From assembly GCF_000281045.1 (NCBI RefSeq), contig NW_008246078.1, positions 173,328 through 237,327 of the forward strand: a stretch of 64,000 bases of DNA. Direction: 5' to 3'. The stretch is from Saprolegnia diclina VS20. Lineage: Eukaryota. The translations under genes and the position numbers were made by a program. Each line of letters starts with the position of its first letter. The first letter of the stretch is position 1. This document shows, piece after piece, positions 36,270 through 46,926 of this stretch. The notes under the pieces were generated by a model. The model ran no database searches and was not told where the DNA came from. It saw only the letters and a program-made list of their open reading frames with translations.

Positions 36270-36320
36270 CGCGTCTTCCGTCGAGCTTAAAATAGAAGTC
36301 ATTTCAAACCAGTGACGACG

Positions 36321-36859
36321 ATGAGCAGCAGCAGCAAGCCGCAGCAGTCGGCGTCGATGGTGCGCCGAGGGTGCGAGCCGCGCTCATGCAAGCTGGCGTA
36401 GGAGGAGGTCGAACTCGAGAAGGGCGAGGAAGCGCGCGACGAGGCGGCGCCGTCGACGGCCAACACGGGCTACGAGAGCCGCGCCGCGAGTCGCTTCTGG
36501 TGGGTGCCCGACATCAAGCTCGACCCGCGCGTGCCCGTCAAGACCACGATCGTCGCCGTGACGCTGCTGACGGCCGGCGTCGTACGTGCTGCTGTGTCCA
36601 TGAGTTGCATGCGATGATGGTGCTGTTCAGGGACTGCTTCTATGGGGCATCGTGCTCGCCGCCGAAGGCAAGGGCCTCGGCCACCTCTTCCTCGGCTTTA
36701 TGAGTGCGCCCGTCCACAGTGTCTGCGTGGCTCATCCTTGTGTCTGTAGCGGCGACGCCCGGTGCGTATGCGACTGTGCAGCTCTACGGCGCGTACCGAG
36801 GCTGGCGAGGCTACGCCTTCGAAAACATCCCTTCCTACGACACCTCGAATCCGTCTTAA
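36321..36859 (+). CDS. TMEM230/TMEM134-family membrane protein, second paralog, multi-exon
   Basis: RVPVKTTIVAVTLLTAG...GLGHLFLGFM...ATPGAYATVQLYGAYRGWRGYAFENIPSYDTSNPS*. Confidence 0.75.
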
Positions 36860-37173
36860 TCTGTAGTACACACTTGCCCATCTACGCTCTATCCTCGCCC
36901 GACCACAAGAATCACCAGGCAACGCAACGAGTCTCCTGTCCATGTCCTGGCGCTCGTTGGAGCTCACAACGCGCTGCGCCAAGCTAGAGTCGAATGGAGC
37001 ACGAGGAGGTTCATTTCGTCGACCGCCGCAGTACGACAGCAGGCGCTGCAGAGTCGCCTCGGCTGGATGGGCCTGGCAGCGCTTTCGTTGCATCATATCA
37101 CCTTGTCATGGACGAGCGAATACGTGCAGGAGGGTTACATTGATCATCATCGTCGAGAGGCTAAGAATCGGGC

Positions 37174-37499
37174 CTAGCCCATGAGCAGTTCGAGGAAGAT
37201 GGCGACGATGTTGATGACGACAAGGGGCACTAGGTACAAGGTGAGCCGCTTGTACGTAGTGTGTGATGGCAACGTACTGCGGAGGTACTGCACGGCGACG
37301 AGGAAGCCGACGACCTGGTTCTTCATGGACGGGCTGCCACCGCTCGAGGCTTCGAGCTGGTCGTAGCCATCTACACGACGCATGAGCCATGGTACGCATG
37401 CATGTACGTACAGCGCCGGAGGAAGCGCTTCTCATGGAGGATCGCGAGCGCGTTCACCGAGAGGAGGCTCGTCATGATGAGCTTCCAGATGTACCCCAT
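37174..37499 (-). CDS. Yos1/IER3IP1-like ER-Golgi membrane protein (3 exons)
   Basis: MGYIWKLIMTSLLSVNALAILHEKRFLR...SMKNQVVGFLVAVQYLR-VPLVVINIVAIFLELLMG*. Confidence 0.85.
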
Positions 37500-38031
37500 G
37501 CTGCTCGACCGACCGTCCGCTCGAAAAAAGGCAAAATATTGTAATTTAATAATTTAAATAAAATAAATTTCGGCGCCAGAGAGACCAACCGGCCAAACCG
37601 GCGCCATCGTTAAGCAACTAGTAGTGCCAGTACTGCACTCTCACCACGAAATTGGGCACCCAAGCAACATAGGAGTCAACTCGTCAACAGTACCTCGTAG
37701 CTTGAGCACAGGCGACGCGGCAAGTGCAGAAGTGGTTATTCTCCCAACCTGGTGGCGTCGGCTAGCGAAAGACCAAATGTAATTTGTGGTTGGTCCAGAC
37801 CACCAGTGTGAAGCAGCTGAGTGTGAAGGACCAGGCCACTTCTAATCACGCAGGACATGTTGAACATGGCTTTTGAATTCTGGGAGACAATTCTGGGAGT
37901 CTGATATACAGTCTGGGAGACATGAAAGCTCCAGCTGCAAGCTCCGTGGGCGCATTTCATTGTCCGACGGACACCATGTCCACAACCTGATAACGTGTCG
38001 TTCTTGATTTCGTTTCATTTTGACTTTGGCC

Positions 38032-38739
38032 ATGGACTACAAGCTCCACATTGGGACCGCGCCGGTGGTCCCGGTTTCGATCCTCGACGCCCGTTTCCTC
38101 ACTACGACCAAGGCGACGTGGAGTTACGCGGCCAATGCAACCAACCAGTCGCTCGTGTACGCCAAGAAGCAGCTCTGTGACGCCAAGGGCGGTGTCGTGG
38201 CAACCCTCTCGCGCAAGGCTTTTCTCTGCGCCTACGACACGTACACGGTGGCAAGCCCGTACTTGCAAGTGCCCGGAACGATCACGACCTCCGTCGACTA
38301 CTGCCCGAGTCGCACGGCGTATACTTGGGTCTTTGACAACCGCGGGTCCGAGCTCGAGTTGTCGGCCGCAGGCTTCTCGCTGCGCCCTGTGATCACACTC
38401 TCAACGCCGACCCAAGAGACGCGCGTCGTCGCCACCGTCGGGGCCAACAACACGGTGACGATCGAGGCTGGCGTCGATGCGGCCGCCGTCCTCCTCCTCT
38501 GTCGCATCTGGTCGTTCAACTTGAACATGGGCTGGCTGCTTATTGGTACCGAGATGGTGCCCTTCGTACTCACGATCGCCGCCTCGTGCACTTCGTTCAG
38601 CGCCAGTTCCTACGCGTATTCCAACGACGGCGCCTCGACGTCGACGAGAGCCAGCCTGTGGCTTGCAGCAAGCATTGCGTGGTTTGCCTGGACCTTTCTC
38701 ATGTTTGGCGCGATGAAGTGCTTTGATGCTTGGCTCTAG
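38032..38739 (+). CDS. LURP-one/Tubby-C-like (scramblase-fold) protein with C-terminal hydrophobic helices
   Basis: LCDAKGGVVATLSRK...YTV...TVTIEAGVDAAAVLLLC resembles the LURP1-related domain, followed by two TM-like helices. Confidence 0.55.
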   Translation: MDYKLHIGTAPVVPVSILDARFLTTTKATWSYAANATNQSLVYAKKQLCDAKGGVVATLSRKAFLCAYDTYTVASPYLQVPGTITTSVDYCPSRTAYTWVFDNRGSELELSAAGFSLRPVITLSTPTQETRVVATVGANNTVTIEAGVDAAAVLLLCRIWSFNLNMGWLLIGTEMVPFVLTIAASCTSFSASSYAYSNDGASTSTRASLWLAASIAWFAWTFLMFGAMKCFDAWL

Positions 38740-38828
38740 GCTGCATAGCTATCGATTTCTATAATAATGCATGCCAGTACTCGTTAACCTATCTTCTTTT
38801 CGCGTGCCGAGAAGACAGAGCCTCTCAG

Positions 38829-39028
38829 GTCGTTCAACTTGAACATGGGCTGGCTCGCTCTGGGTACCGGGATGGTAGCCGTCGTGCTCGTCATCGCTGG
38901 TTTCGCGCTGTATTTCGATGGTGCCGATACGTCGGTCAGCGTCGGCCTCTATATCGCTGGGGCTATAGTGTGGTTTGTCGGGTCTATTGTCATGGCATTC
39001 GTTATAAAACACTTTGATGCTTGGCTCG
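38829..39028 (+). repeat. Diverged tandem duplicate of the 3' end of the preceding gene (38511-38736)
   Basis: Both copies contain gtcgttcaacttgaacatgggctggct and ctttgatgcttggctc; both translate to SFNLNMGWL...FDAWL. Confidence 0.85.
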
Positions 39029-40028
39029 AAGTTGCACACTTTTATCTTTTTTACGATCCCTTCTTTCCCTTTGGTATACTCCAACAAATCAGCTGCAGTG
39101 TTGCCGAATACGAAGGCGGTAAACGCGCGTGGGCCAAGCTCGCGGCCCTTGTTGCGACACAGACGTCGATGATCTCGGGAGCCGTCGTCCGCAAATTATA
39201 AGACATGAGTCACCACAGGCCACGTAGTGCTTTCTTGCGATGGCAACCTCGTCCAAGATCGACAGTAACGTTAGCATCCTATGGTGCTCAAGGATTCCTT
39301 CTCCGGTCCACTGAGTGATACTAGTACACGCACAGAGCTCACACCGGTTTGCACCGCAGTCTGCACGATCACGATCATGTGGAGGCTGCTTGTACTACTA
39401 GAGATGACGGCATGCATTGGCGGACGCTGTATTGTCGTTGCCAATAATGACGATGGCGCCAATGACTCATGGGCTTCCTCCCCAATCAGTCTACGTGGGC
39501 GACTCTATATGTAGTACTATTATGTGGACTGTGAATTTCCATCCACTTGGTATATGCACTGGACCTTCTACATGGCACGGTAAACGTTTAGCTAGTTTAA
39601 CCTTGGCTTTGGACCCCGATTTGGACAGTCGAGGACCCTCGCATTGCAGGTCGAGGTTTGGCGCGAAAAAAACGCGTTCAGCTCGACTTGAACGCCACAA
39701 AAGCACCATCATTCTGCTGTTTAAACGCAGTATCAACTATGTTTCAGGTGGCCCGAGGACTGTTCGTAGGCCACACCCGTGAGGTGCTGCTGCTGTCTTG
39801 CATACGTAGTCAAAGACGAGGGATTTAGAGGTCGTACGTCGACTGCCAACACGCGGTAGCCGGGCAGTGACGCAGTGTGGGGCTGTAGCCTGTTGGGTTC
39901 AACTGCCTTTAACGCGCTTTTGCTAAAGGTGGCAGGTGCCGCTTTTACCGGATGTCAACCGGACGAAACCCCTAAAATTCGGTGTGGTCCGCACTCTCTC
40001 TTTTTCAGTGTCGAGCGCAAGCGGGAGG

Positions 40029-42480
40029 ATGGCGACGCCGGCGACCGCAGCCTGGCGCCTCGAGATCTCGGAAGAGATGCGCAAGACGATGATCACGGAG
40101 ATGTAGGCGCTCGGCATGGAGGCCATGAGGCTCATGCGTCTCTAGGTACCATGAGCTCCTGCGCATCTCGGGCGAGAACGACAAGCAGAAGGTCTGGCGC
40201 TCCGCCGCCAAGTTTGAGCTCATGCTCTGGACGCAGTCGGAAGACAAGGTATGGCCGCCGCTTCGTTCGAGCACCCTCATCATGCAACGCGCCTAGACAA
40301 CGTACTTGACCAAGCTCCAGAAGAAGATTGCGAGCCTCAAGAAGAAGTCGCAGACGGGGGATGCGCCGGCCGCTGCGCCGGCCCCGGCGGCCCCGGTCGT
40401 CGCCGCGACCCAGATGCCTGCGGGCTTTGGCGCGCAGGCCATGCCCCAGGCCGCTGGCATGGCCAACCCGACGACGACCGCGGCCGCGATCCAGTACACG
40501 CAGCAACTGCTTTTGCAGCAGCAAGCGCTCTTGAAACAGCAGCAGCAAGAGCAAGCGCAGCAAGCCCAGCAAGCCGCGCAGCAGCAGGCGCAACAGCAAG
40601 CCGCGCAACAGGCCGCGCAACAGCAAGCACAGCAAGCCGCAGCCCAAAAACAGGCGCAGCAGCAAGCAGCTGCCCAGCAAGCCGCGCAACAAGCCGCCCA
40701 AGCCCAGCAAAACCGCATCAACCTCATGAACCTGCAAGCCGCGCAACAAGCGGCGGCGGCAGCAGCGTCGACCGCGGCCCAGAACAACCTGGCCGCGACG
40801 CCGGCGACCAATGCCGCGACAACGGCCGCGGGCCTCGCCGCCGGCGCGCTGCAACAGCAGCCCACAGTGCTCATTGCGCTGCAGCAGCAGTTCCAGCAGC
40901 AAAAGCAGACCATGGCGACCGCGCAGCACAACGAGATGCAGCGCTTGCGGCAGACGCAGCTACTGCAGCAGCAGCAGATCACGACGACCCACATCCAACA
41001 GAACACGCCGCCCGACACGCGCCGGATCCAAATGTCGCAGCTGCAACAGCAGCACGCACTCGCCCGCAACAAGCTCACGCAGGAGCACAAAGCCAAGCAG
41101 GCGCAGCTCCTCCGCACGCAGCAGCAGCAATTCATCGCGCAAAAGCAGGCGCTGGCCAATGCCCCGGCCGCGCCCGTGGCCGCCGCGACCCCGGCGGCGG
41201 CGACGCTCAAGCCTGGCATTGCGCTCGCACCAAATGCCCAAGTGACGGCCCAGCAAGCCGCGCAGGCCCAGAACGCGCAAGCACTGCAGCGTGCGCAGCT
41301 GCGGCAACAGCAGCAGCAACAGCAGCAGCAACAGCAGCAGCAAACGACGCCGTCGCCATTGGTGACGCCGACAGCGCCGTCGGCATCGACCGACAACCTC
41401 ACGTACGCCGAGAAGCTGCGGCAAATGAAGACCAAGTACTGGGACGATCTCGTGGTCGTGCACACGGAGTTTACGCGGATGGCGCAGCAAAAGCCGTCCG
41501 GTGACTCGGCGCAGGCGGTTCAGCAGCAGGAGCGCATCAAGAACTTCCTCGCGAACCTCAAGCGCATTCTGACGCTGCTCAACCAAGACCCGAGCAAGAT
41601 GACGAGCAACAACCGCGGCGACCTCGACCGCGTCGAGCAGCACATCATGCGTCAAGTGATGCCGATCTTGCACCGGCTCAAGACGGACAAGGCCAAGAAG
41701 GAAGCGGAAGAGAAGCAGGCGGCCGAGAAGCAGCAAGCAGCCGCGCTTGTCGCCGCACAAGCGCAGCTCCTCGAGAAGCAGCGCTTGGAAAAGCTCGAGG
41801 CCGAGCGCAAGATGCAGCAGGCGCAACTCGAAGAGAAGGCGCGGCTGCAAAAACAGCAGCTCGAGGACAAGATGAAGCTCGAGGCGGCCGAGAAGCAGCG
41901 CCAGCTCGAAGAGAAGGCGCGGCAGCTGCAGGTGGCCCAGGAAGCCAAGCGCAAGGAGCTCGAGCTGCAGCGGCAGAAAGAGCTCGTCAAGGCCGAGGCT
42001 ACCAAGCCCACGCCGGCCGTCAAGGGCAAGCCCGCGGTGGTCGCCAAGCCCGGGCTCATCATGGTCACGGAGGCCCAGCGCAAGATCCAAGAGGAGATGT
42101 ACAAGGTGCGCAGCCAGCACCAAGTGCTGTTGCAGCAAAAGGCGATGGCCAAGACGATGCCCGAGCAGCAAAAGGTTACGAAGGAGATCCAAGGTCTCCA
42201 GCTCAAGATGAACCAGTTGCACCAGCAGTTTCTGCAGTCCAAAGTCGCGGAGGAGGCCAAGCCCAAGGTCGAGCCGCCGGTCGTGCCCGAGCCGGTCGTC
42301 GCCGCCGACGGCTTTGTGTCGGTCGTCAAGGCCGGGACCGGCATGACCGCGGCCGAGTCGCTCCTCGCAGCCATTTCGACGTACGCCAAGGAAAAGCCCA
42401 GCGTCCTCCACGACGCCGCGCCCCAGTTTCTCGACATTAGCCTCGCGATCGGCGCCAAGCTCACCACCGCGTTTGTCTAA
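40029..42480 (+). CDS. Mediator subunit 15-like protein (N-terminal KIX-like domain, Q/A-rich), 3 exons
   Basis: Spliced N-terminus AWRLEISEEMRKTMITEM-YHELLRISG...AAKFELMLWTQSEDK-TTYLTKLQKKI resembles the MED15 KIX domain; polyQ tracts; YAEKLRQMKTKY segment. Confidence 0.65.
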
Positions 42481-43810
42481 GAGATATTATACTATCTATT
42501 CCACTGATGACGTGGCAGGCGCTGCGGGCGTTTGCAGTTGCGCAAGCATCCGCGCCCGATGCATCGCATTCGAGTGGACTGCAAGGTCGTCCCTTGCTAG
42601 GGTAGACCAACGGGAAGCAACTGATGACGACTACATGTTGGTCGATCTACAATCTGAAGACTACAACCAAGACCTTTTACCAGTACAGTGTATGCGAGGG
42701 CAGCGACGCGGCAGCGTCATTGCAGACCTAAGGACTGCAGCGTTGTCGAAGGACGGAACCTAGGCCGTTGGACAGAGCGTCCACGACCACCGTAGTATTG
42801 CGCCACAAGTAGCCACCAATACTGGCTCGTTTTGCCACATTAGCGAGCGCGAGTGAGCTGTCCTGTCCCATAAGAAAGACCCTGTCTGGTACATCTGGAC
42901 TCCAGATGTACCAGACACCTTTGCTGACTCCAGAATCTGGAGGTGTCGCGAAATGATTTTGGAAAATCAGTCGCGAAACAGCAACGACACGCCCATCACT
43001 CATGCCAGCTTCGTCGCACAATCCGTCATCGGCCATTGCGCAATAATGCTCTGCACTAACAAGGCCCTGACGTTCTCGGACGTCCGGCGGTTGTACCAAC
43101 ACGACGTGAGTGTCGTCTGGCGCTTTTGCGCGGCGCAGACCCAAAGGTCGCCCGCTCTGCAGCGCTTTTGCCAGCGTCTGCGCCGCCTGCTCGTTATGTT
43201 TACCCTCGCGTCGCCCGCGGCCGCCGAAGCGCATCCGGCCGTGCCGCGCCTGCACGCGTTTCTACTGCGCTACGTCGTGCCGCTCTCGCGCGAGCTCCAA
43301 GCGCGCGGCCATTGCAGCAGTAGTTAGCGCCGAAATCAAAGACTTGTTAGTAAATATAGGTCCTTGTCCAAACAACAAACAACTTTACGCAATAATTGAC
43401 GACTCTACGTGGCTTTGTCTTTGGCTATCTACCGAATCCTCCCATCAATACCTTGATACTTGGCCCCCAAAGTCTCAGATCTTATCGCGACGGACGGCGC
43501 TGCTTGTCGCTCTTGAGACCTGTCTGATGTCAGGACCTTCTGTGTCGGTGCCAGTTCTCTTAGCGCTGTGATGGGCTGCTTGGCGCGTCCTCTCGCAAGG
43601 ACCAGTACCGTGAGACCCTCCTCTGGCTCATAGATGCCCCGTCGTTGGAACAGGATTTGGACGTCTTGTAGGACGGCCAATGCGAAGTGTATCGCCGGAG
43701 AGCCCGTGGATCCCTCGTTTGTGTATAGTCCGCAAGTGACCCAGACAGGTGTAGGGAATATCAAATGTATAGAGTATGAGCGACTGCAAGCGGTACAGGG
43801 TTCGAGGCGC

Positions 43811-46147
43811 TCAAAAGCCGATCGTGGAGGTGTGCGCGACGCCCTGCGCTTTGATGCGGAACGTGTTGAGCTCCGTGAGCAGCTTGAGGCAGTCCTGCTT
43901 GACGTGTTCGTACTCGACTTCGCGCGTCTTGGTGTCAACGACTAGCGCCGCAGGGTCGATTTTGTTTCAAAGTATCAAGCGGACGTACACTCTTTGAGGT
44001 GGTAGATGGTTTGCTCGTGGTGCCGGAGCTTTTGCTCGAGCGAGTCGAGAGTTTTGGCCGTGTCGTTCCCGGCCAGCGTGTGCTTGACGTTTTCGTATTG
44101 GTTGGACTAGTACACGTCGTCGACCACAAGCAAGATGAAGCGAGGACGTACGAGCAAGATGACTTGGGACTTCATGGCGTCCCGGCGGCGAATGTACTGC
44201 TGCTTGTAGCGCAGAAGGAGCTGCTTGGTGTTGGCGTGCGTGTCCTTCATCTCGTCAATGTTCTTGAAGCCTTCCATGTCGCTTTGCATCGTGTCCATCT
44301 TGGTGTTGAGCGAGCCGAGCTCGACCGAGATCTTGGCGTCCAGCGTGTTGACCTTCTCCAGCTCGGCTTGGCGCTTCCCAAGCTCCATCGAGAGCCTAGG
44401 CGATGTGATGAGAACCGCTTGCAGAGGTGCTGTACCGTGTCTTGGTCGTCTGCGCCGACTCGAGCTGGCGCTCCTTGAACGTCAAGTCGCTCTTCATCTC
44501 CTCCACTTTGGCCGCCGACGGCATCTTGTCCTGGCGGCCCAGCCCTGCCTCGTGCATGAGACCAGAAGACAATTTGGCTCGAATCTACCGAGCGAAATGT
44601 GCTCGAGGAGGCGCACGACCATGGCCTGCGACTGCCGCTGCCCCTCGAGCTCCTTGAGCTTCTTCTCTTCAAACGTCTCCATGAAGAGCGTCATTTCTTG
44701 GTCGCGCTGGTAGAGCATGTCGTATTTATGGCTCGTTGTGTTGCCGTCGGCGCCTTCGTTCTTGCGCTCTTCGAGCTCCGTCTTGCCTTCGCTCAGCGCC
44801 TTCTTGAGGCCGCCTAGTTTGATCGCGATTGAACACCAAAACGAAGACATTATGTTCCAACCATTCTCGTCGTCGATAGCCACAATCTGCTTTTCGACTT
44901 GCTCCATCTTGATCTTGTCGTCTTTGACCTATGGTTTGTGTAGAAATATGGAGGAAAACATAAGAACTGAGAGCGTACGCGGGCGAGGAGGAGGTTCCGC
45001 GCTTCGTTCGGGTCCATCTGCGCGGTTGCGAGGTCGTCTTGGACCATCTTGCACTCCTTCTTGAGACGCATTGCTTGGTGCTCGAGGTGCTCGTACTCCT
45101 CCCGGTACTTGTCCAAGCTCAGCTCGTCTTCTTTGGCGCGAATGGCTTGCATGAGCATGTCGAGCTCCTATTGAAAAATGAAAAATGCGAAAAATGCGCG
45201 GTCAACGAGGTTCGAAGCACCTGCGACTTGGCCTCGAGCTCGGCTTCGGCGTGGTGGTTCTCTTCGAGAAGCGCGCGGTACTTTTCGAGTTTCTGCGGTG
45301 CGAGCTGGTTGATCTTGTCTTGCTGCTTCATGTGGATCGCTTGGATCTCGCTCTCGAGGTGCTTGGTCGTGCGTTCTTCGTCTTGGCGCATGATAAAGAT
45401 CTAGTCCTTTCTCTATAACTTTTTCGACTAGACATGACAATAGTGTACCCGATCGACTTCTTCGGCCTCCTTGATGTTGCGGTTGTGCAGCTGCTCTTGC
45501 ACTTGGCGAATCTCGGCCGGGTCCTACGTTGCTGCATGCAACACCTGTCTTCAACTGCATGAGGCGACCGTCGCGCTGCGGAGCTTGTCCATGGCGAGGT
45601 TGTAGTCGGCGAGCTGGCCCTCGAGGTCCCGGACTTCGACCGCGAGCTGCTCGTACTTCTTCTCGAGCTACAGCAATTATTCGGATATCGAGCGCCGAGG
45701 TGACGAGGTTCGATCTACCTGCGCATACTGGCTCTTGTCCTTGGCGTCTTGGTCGATCTCCTTTGTGATCTTGTCGATTTCGGCCGTAATTTCCGATGTC
45801 TTTTGGTGCAGTTTGCCCGTAAAGTACGACGCGTCTTGGACCTGGCGCCCGGGACCCGCAGTGCCAATGCGCATGCCCATCATCCCTTGCTGCGTCACGG
45901 GGCGATCCGTCACTTGGACTTCGGTGTTGAGACTCACGCCGTAGCCCGCCGACTGCCCTGGCGTGGCCGGCACGGCGCCGGTCCCGAGCCGACTCGTAAG
46001 CGGCCGCCCGCCCGACGACTGTAGCGCCGTGCGCTGGCCTGTGCCCGGGCGCGCGTTGATCGCGTTAAGCGGCTGGCTGCCCGTGCCCGGTCGCTGCCCC
46101 GTGCCAGGCCGCTGCCCCGAGCTCGTACCTGGTCGACCCGACGACAT
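43811..46147 (-). CDS. IFT74: Intraflagellar transport protein 74/72, multi-exon
   Basis: RPGT-repeat N-terminus, NTEVQVTDRPVTQQGMMG...GPGRQVQDASYF, EVRDLEGQLADYNLAMDK, long coiled coil, C-terminal TKTREVEYE. Confidence 0.9.
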
Positions 46148-46926
46148 ACCTCCGCGTCCTTTCGCAAAAAGATCAAAATGACGCGATCCGGTTGGTGTCT
46201 AAATTCGGCATCACGTCCTTTCCGATTCGGCATCGATTCCTTCGAAGTGGCATATGCCGCTTGCTACAAATGTGCTCTTTATTTTCATTGCTCGCTTTCT
46301 ATTCAACGCCACCTGGTTGGGCCACCTTGCACGACCCGATCCAAGCTAATACAACCCGCGCAATCCGCCGAGCGACAGGTTGTACACGATCTAGTCCTTT
46401 TACTATTATAGTATTTTTACTAAAATACGCTCGCTTGGCCTATAGCTACGAGAACCTCGCCAGCACCGCGCTGGCTACGGCGTCGTGGGCAAGCCACGGC
46501 TTCCCCGTGTTCCATGGTCGAAGCATGAGAGTGGTACATGAGCACGACGGACCAAGATGCTGAGTCGATTCGCTAAGGTCTGAACCGTTAGCGCCGAGCC
46601 GCCTCGCAGCTAGCAGCTAGCAGCTGCGGCTAGCTAGCCAAGAGGACCTAGTTGCGTCTTGCTCTCGTCTCCAGCTACCGCCGTCCAGCCTCCTGGTGGC
46701 CGCAGGTTGCGCGGCCAGGCAGCATCCAGCTGTGCTTTGCTGTCGGCAGATTGTGCTAGTCGCTCGGTCCGCCTCGTCACCCACTCTCACTCTCACGTCG
46801 CATGATCCATCGCGTATCTCGATGGCAGGACCGCCTTTCTAACGAGAGGAGAGTGAGTGAAGAGGAGCGCGCTTGCCGGATTGTACTCTCACGCCCCACC
46901 TTGCAGTTTGCCATTTGGCAATTGAG

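Noticed and set aside
40293..42467. Long antisense ORFs including poly-Cys stretches
   Set aside because: Shadows of the CAG/GCG-rich coding strand of the MED15-like gene.
42953..43327. 124-aa ORF
   Set aside because: Only partly coding-like and no homology cue; insufficient support.
46608..46638. AGCTAGC-rich short repeat upstream of the TRP-like gene
   Set aside because: Too short and low in complexity to interpret.
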